DNA of 44,374 nucleotides from Candidatus Hermodarchaeota archaeon (GTDB lineage: Archaea; Asgardarchaeota; Lokiarchaeia; Sigyniarchaeales; SOKP01). A model generated the notes under the pieces. That model did no database searches and had not been told where the DNA came from. It saw only the letters and a list, made by a program, of their open reading frames with translations. The first letter of the stretch is position 1, and the number at the start of each line of letters is the position of its first letter. Below are positions 37,766 through 44,374 of the stretch, in pieces. The DNA lies in NCBI GenBank assembly GCA_048885925.1, contig JBHLLG010000022.1, positions 1 through 44,374 on the forward strand. The letters are read 5' to 3'. The translations under genes were made by a program, and so were the position numbers.

Positions 37766-39193
37766 TTAGATTAAATTCAATTTTTCCATCTTTTCCTTTG
37801 TCAATTTGTTCATTTCTTCCGAATCATCTAAATTAACGCTAGATTCACCTGAAATTCTTAAATATGGACTTGTTCCGGAGCGTCTAATTAAGATCCAACC
37901 GTCATTATAATCAAATCTAACTCCATCCATTTTATTGATATTAGCTATTTTTTTTCCTAGACTATCCAACGTTTCCTTCATTTCCTCAATGATTTTTTTG
38001 TTTATATCTTCAGTAAATGGAATATCTTTCTTTAATCGAAATTTAGTTTCGCAAAAGGGGTATATTGGAATATCTTTAAGCAGATCTTTTAGAGTTTTTC
38101 CTGTTTCTACCATCATATTAAGTACATTAGCAATAGTTAAAATTGAATCAGGTCCTAAATGTGTTTTAGGCCATATATAAGTACCTGACGTTTCTCCACC
38201 TAAAAATCCTCCATGGTCTTTTAATGCTATTGCTACTTTTATATCTCCAACTTCAGTTCTGATTACTTCACAACCTAGTGGATTCAAAATATCTTCAAGT
38301 AAGCTTGAAGAATTTATTGCTGTTACAACTTTCATATCTTCTTGAGTCAATGTAGTGTTTTTATATTTATTTATATAATGTTTAGCCAAAAGTGCTAAGA
38401 GTCTAATAGGATCCACAATTTCTCCATCTTCACTTAAAAATATAACTCTATCAGCATCACCATCAAGAGCGATCCCTATGTCATCTTGATCTGAAGTTTT
38501 AAGGAATTTTGACACTTGTATCAAATTTTCTTTATTCGGTTCTGAATGACGCCCTGGAAATTTACCATCCATTTGTGCGTTTAATGTCATTATATTAACA
38601 TTATAAGCACTCAATAACCGTGGAACGATTTCACAACCTGCCCCATTTCCGGGATCAACTATTGCATTTAGATGTTCTCCATTAAAACTTATGTTATTTA
38701 TAATGTCTATAATATGGGTTTCATTAATATCTTCAATGTTGCTAATTCTACCAACCTGATCCCAGGAAATATTAATAAAAGCCTTCTCATTATATATTCT
38801 TTCAATTTCGGTTTCTTGTTCTGGTGTATATCCCATACCTGAAGGATTCCAAATTTTTAATCCAATGTACTCAGGAGTATTATGACTGGCTGTAATCATA
38901 ACACCCGCCTTAGCATTTAAAAAACGCAAAGACATAGCTAAAGTTGGTGTGGTTACAATTCCTAGAGCCTTTACAGTACATCCAGTACTTACAAGTCCAG
39001 AAATTAGTGCATATTCTATTGGTAAAGCAGAGGTTCTAATGTCTTTACCGATTATAACGTTACCTTCGCCACTTAAATATGTTCCTAAAGCAAGACCAAC
39101 ATCTAAAGCCATTTGAGGTGTAAACATAACATCTGATTCACTATAATTTTGAAATACTCGACGAATGCCAGATGTACCGAATTTTAATCCCAT
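37766..39193 (-). CDS. glmM: Phosphohexomutase, probably phosphoglucosamine mutase
   Basis: FGTSGIR, ITASHN (phospho-Ser), DGDADR, GGETSG, R.SGT; amino-sugar cluster context. Confidence 0.85.
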   Translation of the reverse strand: MGLKFGTSGIRRVFQNYSESDVMFTPQMALDVGLALGTYLSGEGNVIIGKDIRTSALPIEYALISGLVSTGCTVKALGIVTTPTLAMSLRFLNAKAGVMITASHNTPEYIGLKIWNPSGMGYTPEQETEIERIYNEKAFINISWDQVGRISNIEDINETHIIDIINNISFNGEHLNAIVDPGNGAGCEIVPRLLSAYNVNIMTLNAQMDGKFPGRHSEPNKENLIQVSKFLKTSDQDDIGIALDGDADRVIFLSEDGEIVDPIRLLALLAKHYINKYKNTTLTQEDMKVVTAINSSSLLEDILNPLGCEVIRTEVGDIKVAIALKDHGGFLGGETSGTYIWPKTHLGPDSILTIANVLNMMVETGKTLKDLLKDIPIYPFCETKFRLKKDIPFTEDINKKIIEEMKETLDSLGKKIANINKMDGVRFDYNDGWILIRRSGTSPYLRISGESSVNLDDSEEMNKLTKEKMEKLNLI

Positions 39194-39528
39194 AAAATAT
39201 TCACTTTTGGTTGAAAAATGATTCTTTTGTTAAGAGATCGTTTTAATTTAAGATAATTTGAATTAATGAAGGTTTTTAAATATATTTTTCTGAATTTTTC
39301 GAAAATTAAACTAAAAATAATTAAAATACTAACCTTATTTTGAATACCTATTAAATTAAATTGAGTAGAAGTATGCAATAATTAATTCCTAAACAATTTC
39401 TTGTTTTTCAATTGTTAATAATAATTTGCTACATAATTAAAAAGAATAAAATATTAATTTACTCTAATTCTTTATAAATTAATAATATACTATGTTAAAA
39501 CTCGTATAGAGTTCCAGTTTATTCTAAA

Positions 39529-41007
39529 ATGATTTTTCAAGGATTATTTAATATTTTAGATTTATACTTCAAAGAGATTGATCTTTTCTATAATAATATT
39601 GATCAATATTTCCGGGAAAAAATTACTAGTCATTTTGAAGATACTCTCATAAATAAGAATATTATTCAACAAAAACTTGAAGATCTTACAACATATCTTA
39701 AACAAGTCTTTGAAGATATAGGATTTGAAAAATCTGAGATTGAAAATGAATTTTTGGATCCTTTTTTAGAATTAAGAGATAGAGATTTTGAGAGTATTAC
39801 ATCTTTAATAGAGCTTTATGAACGAAAACTTGCTCCCATAATTTATGAAATATTTTTAGAAATAATAGTTGATTATCTAGTAGATATTAAAGTAGCGCCC
39901 TTAATGTTAAATTTAAAGTCTGAAGGATTTCTTTCCATTGAATTTATAGTTGCATTAAGGAATTTGAAAGATTCAATCGAAAAATTTCCAGAAAAAAGGG
40001 AGAACTTAAAAAAGTATATTCAAATTCAAGAAAAAATAATTGATAAGTTTAATAGAAATAAAGAAAAAATTGAAAGCCTTGAGGATTTAGAGGATCCTCA
40101 ATTTAAACTTCAACTATTATATTTGATTTATAGAATCATTAATTTTTTCCATCTTCAAAAAATGTTTGATTTTTCTCATATAAAATTATATTTAGAAGGA
40201 AATGTAGATGAATGGCTAATAGATGTCCCAATGGTCAGTTTAAAAAATCCTGATATTTACTTCTGTGGAATCTATTTAGCTAAACAATTTAATGTTATGT
40301 TAGATGAGGAGAAAATTACAAAATTTTTATTGGATTTATATGAAGAAGCTAAAGACAGATATGAGTCTCCCCTAATTGAAGCAACGGATGGAGCTTACTA
40401 TTTTTTTAAATCTACTGAAATGATGAAATTGTGGTTAGATTTTGAGAAAGTAAATAATATTATTAAGTCAGATCCCAAATTTTTTGAATCAAATTACTTG
40501 AAAAATTTGGAAACCTCTCAATTGGTAGTAATTCTAAAATTATACCGTTATTTAGGAGTTACCAAACAAGAACGTGAAATAAGAGCTATCTCAGAAGAAT
40601 TAGAATCAAGAATTACTCCAGAAGGGATAAAACAGTTTCGAGATGGATTTGTTTCATCAGAAGCCACCTATTATGTCATATTTAATCATTATATGAACAA
40701 CACACTTGAAAAGCTAAAAGAGTATGATCTTTTAGAAAATATTGTATCTCGAATTTATAGAAATTTGGAACTTCTTGATTTTTCAACAGATACGAATTAT
40801 GATTTAGTGAGTGAATTGTTTTATTCAATTGAAAGTTTGAAACTATTTAATTGTATAGAAACGCAAGAAATGATAATTCATTTAGCAAAATATTTATTTC
40901 CACAGGAAATATATGAAACAATCTCAAGCAGTAAAGAAATTACTAGAGAAAGAGCGCGATTCAGGCATTTAAAGGTAAATCGAATAACAGGAGAAACAAT
41001 CTATTAA
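39529..41007 (+). CDS. Hypothetical alpha-helical protein (C-terminal half possibly alpha/alpha-barrel-like)
   Basis: Intact 492-aa ORF; recurring aromatic helices (DIYFCG, GAYYFF, ATYYVI, LFYSI). Confidence 0.65.
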   Translation: MIFQGLFNILDLYFKEIDLFYNNIDQYFREKITSHFEDTLINKNIIQQKLEDLTTYLKQVFEDIGFEKSEIENEFLDPFLELRDRDFESITSLIELYERKLAPIIYEIFLEIIVDYLVDIKVAPLMLNLKSEGFLSIEFIVALRNLKDSIEKFPEKRENLKKYIQIQEKIIDKFNRNKEKIESLEDLEDPQFKLQLLYLIYRIINFFHLQKMFDFSHIKLYLEGNVDEWLIDVPMVSLKNPDIYFCGIYLAKQFNVMLDEEKITKFLLDLYEEAKDRYESPLIEATDGAYYFFKSTEMMKLWLDFEKVNNIIKSDPKFFESNYLKNLETSQLVVILKLYRYLGVTKQEREIRAISEELESRITPEGIKQFRDGFVSSEATYYVIFNHYMNNTLEKLKEYDLLENIVSRIYRNLELLDFSTDTNYDLVSELFYSIESLKLFNCIETQEMIIHLAKYLFPQEIYETISSSKEITRERARFRHLKVNRITGETIY

Positions 41008-41131
41008 TTCTAATAACTCTTATCTTTGATCTAATTATTTTTTGAAGTTGATTTTTAACATCCTTAAAACTAAAAATTATTAATTAATCTTAATTATTTA
41101 ACTAAGTTACCGAAAAAAACTATTGATTTTT

Positions 41132-42601
41132 ATGGAATTAGAGGATTTTGAGTTAATTTATAAAGAAAATCGATGGGAATGTAAAAACAAAAAGAAAATA
41201 GAAGATAAGTTGAGAGAAATTGTTGGAGAAAACAATATTTCTTCAAAAGCAATTGATTTATTAGCATATACAAAAGATGCGACATTAATTGGATTCAATT
41301 GGACACTCCAAGGAAAGATTGCGGGATTGCCAGATTTTATAACATGGCCAGAAACTATAGAACAACTAACAGAAATTTTAAAGTTTGCTAATCAAGAGAA
41401 TATTCCAGTAATACCTTATGGAGAAGGATCTGGAGTTGTTGGGGGCGCTATACCAGTTTATGGGGGAATAATTATTGATATGAAAAAATTTAATAAAATT
41501 CTTAATATAAATGATAAGGATCTGACAGTTACAGTTGAATCTGGAATAAATGGAATGAATTTAGAACGATATTTAAATGCACAAGGTTATACTCATGGAC
41601 ATATCCCTCAGTCTCTCAATTATTCTTCTGTAGGCGGATGGATTGCTCATAGGTCCGCAGGACAATTCTCAACTAAATATGGTAAAATTGAGGATATGGT
41701 AATGGGTATGGAAGTAATTTTACCACAAGGAGATATCCTAAAATTTAAGACTATTGCTAGAGCATCAACCGGTCCTCAATTTGAGAAGCTGTTTATTGGA
41801 GGTGGAGGTACACTGGGGATTATAACAAAAGTCACACTAAAAATTTGGCCTTATCCTGAATCGAGAACACTTATTTCTTATGCTTTTCCTACTATCGAGG
41901 ATTCTTTAGAAGCTACAAGACAGATATTAAGACAACAAATATATCCTGCGGTTATCCGGATTTACGATGTTGTTGAAACAGTTAGACACTTTCCTCATAT
42001 AGATAAGGCTAAGGATAAAGTTTTGGTCATATTTGTATGTGAAGGGATTAAAAGACTGGTCAATCTTGAAGAAGATATTACTAAAGAAGTATGTGAAAAG
42101 AACAGTGGTATTAATTGTGGAGAAAAACCAGTTGAACATTGGTTTGAAACTAGATTTAATGCAACTGAAACATCACACGGGCCAACATTTGGGATGGTTC
42201 TTGATACCATCGAAATTGGATTTTTATGGGATAAAGCGGCAGAAATGTATCACTCTGTACTAGATGCAGCAAATAAAGTAAAAGGGTTATTATTTATAAC
42301 CGCACATGTTTCCCATTTTTATTCTAATGGAGTAGGATTTTACTTTTCCTTTTCTGGAATACCTCCAAGAGAAAAAACCGATCTTGAATTTTATCAAGAA
42401 GTATGGAATACAGTTATTAAAACAGTAGAAGAATGTGGTGGATCAATTGGACACCATCACGGTATTGGAATCAATAGATCAAAATGGATGTCAGTAGAAT
42501 GGGGAAAAGCTTTTGATTCTTTAAAAAAAATAAAACAATTGCTTGATCCCAATAATATTTTAAATCCAGGGAAAGTTTATGAGAGTCTTTGGAAAGAATG
42601 A
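41132..42601 (+). CDS. FAD-linked oxidoreductase of the VAO/PCMH fold, alkyl-DHAP-synthase-like
   Basis: P.G.GSGV.GG, H.PQS...SSVGGWIA.R..GQ.S.KYG.IED, HVSH.Y, GHHHGIG, DP.NILNPGK. ORF track start TTG 41123. Confidence 0.85.
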   Translation: MELEDFELIYKENRWECKNKKKIEDKLREIVGENNISSKAIDLLAYTKDATLIGFNWTLQGKIAGLPDFITWPETIEQLTEILKFANQENIPVIPYGEGSGVVGGAIPVYGGIIIDMKKFNKILNINDKDLTVTVESGINGMNLERYLNAQGYTHGHIPQSLNYSSVGGWIAHRSAGQFSTKYGKIEDMVMGMEVILPQGDILKFKTIARASTGPQFEKLFIGGGGTLGIITKVTLKIWPYPESRTLISYAFPTIEDSLEATRQILRQQIYPAVIRIYDVVETVRHFPHIDKAKDKVLVIFVCEGIKRLVNLEEDITKEVCEKNSGINCGEKPVEHWFETRFNATETSHGPTFGMVLDTIEIGFLWDKAAEMYHSVLDAANKVKGLLFITAHVSHFYSNGVGFYFSFSGIPPREKTDLEFYQEVWNTVIKTVEECGGSIGHHHGIGINRSKWMSVEWGKAFDSLKKIKQLLDPNNILNPGKVYESLWKE

Positions 42602-42613
42602 GGTGAGAATTAA

Positions 42614-43882
42614 ATGAGTGAACTTTTAATGAAGTATAAATGGATAGGACCGGCTATTGAAAAAATGGATCGCGACATTAAAAGGATCTTTCTGAAAAAT
42701 TTCCGAATGCGCGATAAGAAATATTTCCCAGAAGGGGATTATAAAGCTGATATAAAGAACTTAGTGAACTGTATGCTTTGTCCAAATGTGTGTAAATTTG
42801 ATTGTGGGACACTACAAAGTTCTTTAACCGAAACAATGAGCCCTGCTTATAAGGCTCGAATTGGTTATTATTTAACAACAGGAAAAATAGATCCAACGAA
42901 AGGTGAAAATAAAGATTTTATTGACCTCATGTATAAATGTTCTAATGAGGAAAATTGTAAAATTTGGTGCCCTTTTGAATTTTCTGTTGTATCACTTTTA
43001 GAAACTGTGAGAGAGGATTTAAATGATAAAGGGATGATGCCAGATTACTGCAAACAACAGATAAGTAAGTTAAAAAAAACTAATACTATAGAAGATTACA
43101 ATATATTCGAAACTTATAAAGAGAAAGGAATAGAAAATATAGAAACTGATGGTAATGATGAAGTTTTCTACTATATAGGTTGCGAATCAATGAAATTCCC
43201 TGAAGTAATAAAAGCAAATATAGAAATATTAAAAAAAGCAGGAATTAAGTTTTCGACCAATCTTGATAAAAAAGTATGTTGTGGAGGTCCTGCATTTAAT
43301 ATAAGGGAAATGGAAACTGCGAAACAGTTTGCCGGGAAAAATAAAGAACTCATTGAAAATACAGGCGCAAAAATTATCATTTCAGACTGTCCTGGGTGTA
43401 TTTTGACTTTAACTAAAAGATATGAAAAAGCTGGGATTAAAATTGAAAAAGAAATAATCCATATAGTTCAATATTTTAGAAATTTAATTGATGACGGCAA
43501 ATTGAGATTTGAAAAAAGTATTCCAGAACAATTCAGAAAAATAACAATCCACGATCCTTGTCTCATTGCGAGAAATTTAAAAGACACTGAATCAATTAGG
43601 TATATTCTTAATAAAGTTCCAGATTTAATGATTATTGAACCTATTTATAATAAAGCTTATGTTCATTGTTGTGGTTGGAGTGGTACTGCCCATTGGGCAG
43701 ATAGAGACTTAGCTATTAGGGAAGCACGAAAAAGAATTAATGAATTAAAAGAAACTGGGGTAAATAATTTCATATCAGCTTGTCCTCTCTGTGAATTAGG
43801 TTTGGCATATGGAATTGAAGAATCTGAAAAAGAAAAATATAAAATACTAGATATATCTGAATTATTATTAAAATTACTTTAA
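42614..43882 (+). CDS. Fe-S oxidoreductase with two CCG domains (GlpC/HdrD/GlcF-like)
   Basis: N-terminal ferredoxin-like Cys motifs; GC..CCG..CPGC and HDPC..CCG..ACPLC; GAGGTGA SD 7 nt before ATG. Confidence 0.88.
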   Translation: MSELLMKYKWIGPAIEKMDRDIKRIFLKNFRMRDKKYFPEGDYKADIKNLVNCMLCPNVCKFDCGTLQSSLTETMSPAYKARIGYYLTTGKIDPTKGENKDFIDLMYKCSNEENCKIWCPFEFSVVSLLETVREDLNDKGMMPDYCKQQISKLKKTNTIEDYNIFETYKEKGIENIETDGNDEVFYYIGCESMKFPEVIKANIEILKKAGIKFSTNLDKKVCCGGPAFNIREMETAKQFAGKNKELIENTGAKIIISDCPGCILTLTKRYEKAGIKIEKEIIHIVQYFRNLIDDGKLRFEKSIPEQFRKITIHDPCLIARNLKDTESIRYILNKVPDLMIIEPIYNKAYVHCCGWSGTAHWADRDLAIREARKRINELKETGVNNFISACPLCELGLAYGIEESEKEKYKILDISELLLKLL

Positions 43883-43910
43883 TATTTAAATTGATAGTTT
43901 AAGTGATTAT

Positions 43911-44374
43911 ATGAGCGATTTAATTTGCATCTTTGACGTTGGAACAACAGGAGCAAGAACAATTGTATTTGATATCAATGGTAAAGAAGTTGCTAAAGCT
44001 TACGAGGAATATCCTGTTATAAAACAACCAATAGGGGTTTTTGAACAAGATCCAAAAATTTGGTGGAATGCTGTTAAAAATACATGTAATAAAGTGGTAA
44101 GAACTATTAACATTGAAGATATAATTGGTATATCTGCAACATTTCTTCGGGCAGCAGTAACCATTATTGATAAAAGTGGTGAAGCACTCCATCCTGCTTT
44201 AACTTGGATGGATGAAAGACAAGAAGATACAGCAATAGAATGGAAAAAGGATGTGGATCTCAGAAGATCGATTCCTAAAATACTCTGGGTTAAGAATAAT
44301 AAACCAGATTTATTCAGTAGAGCTGATAAAATTATCCACACTGATTCTTATATATATATGAAATTATGCGAAGA
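43911..44374 (+). CDS. FGGY family carbohydrate kinase (xylulose/glycerol kinase-like), truncated by the window end
   Basis: Not in the ORF track. Hand translation from ATG 43911: MSDLICIFDVGTTGAR...EQDP..WW...W.DER...PKILW.K...P. Confidence 0.9.
   Translation, partial: MSDLICIFDVGTTGARTIVFDINGKEVAKAYEEYPVIKQPIGVFEQDPKIWWNAVKNTCNKVVRTINIEDIIGISATFLRAAVTIIDKSGEALHPALTWMDERQEDTAIEWKKDVDLRRSIPKILWVKNNKPDLFSRADKIIHTDSYIYMKLCE

Noticed and set aside
9229-44341. Small 60-113 aa ORFs overlapping long genes (e.g. 9229..9441, 12119..12358, 15380..15655, 29658..29936, 34277..34507, 41927..42263, 43920..44341)
   Set aside because: Antisense or out-of-frame to well-supported genes, with no motifs.
1-44374. 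tRNA/rRNA genes, CRISPR arrays, transposases or integrases
   Set aside because: Intergenic regions are short and AT-rich; no cloverleaf, regularly spaced repeats or recombinase motifs were seen by eye.

Overview
AT-rich, densely coding archaeal chromosome segment. Gene content and style (RadA, tRNA-splicing endonuclease, A/V-type ATPase, archaeal GlmU, GGTGA-type Shine-Dalgarno sites, many paralogue expansions) suggest an Asgard archaeon, probably Lokiarchaeia; this is inference. In order, the window holds: a truncated family-5 ABC substrate-binding protein; RadA; three tandem OsmC-fold paralogues; a membrane hydrolase, PfkB kinase, coiled-coil protein and MEMO1; EndA; a complete A/V-ATPase operon in the unusual order K-C-H/G-F-E-A-B-D-I, followed by a separate two-gene unit (membrane Zn-ribbon protein plus a second subunit A whose conserved GER Arg is replaced by Pro); DUF47 plus two VIT1-like proteins; a 2-hydroxyacyl-CoA dehydratase system with an extra paralogue; a gamma-glutamyl ligase/cyclotransferase/class I amidotransferase trio; a GH13 enzyme; an amino-sugar cluster (glmU, glmS, nagB, glmM); and an alkyl-DHAP-synthase-like flavoprotein, CCG Fe-S protein and FGGY kinase (truncated). 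The most notable signals are the probable pseudo-catalytic ATPase A paralogue, SD-supported near-cognate start codons (ATA/ACG/ATC) on ATPase subunits C, E, D and one OsmC gene, a 40-bp copy of the atpI 3' end bracketing a hairpin-containing spacer, and the gamma-glutamyl write/erase trio. No rRNA, tRNA, CRISPR array or transposase was recognised.
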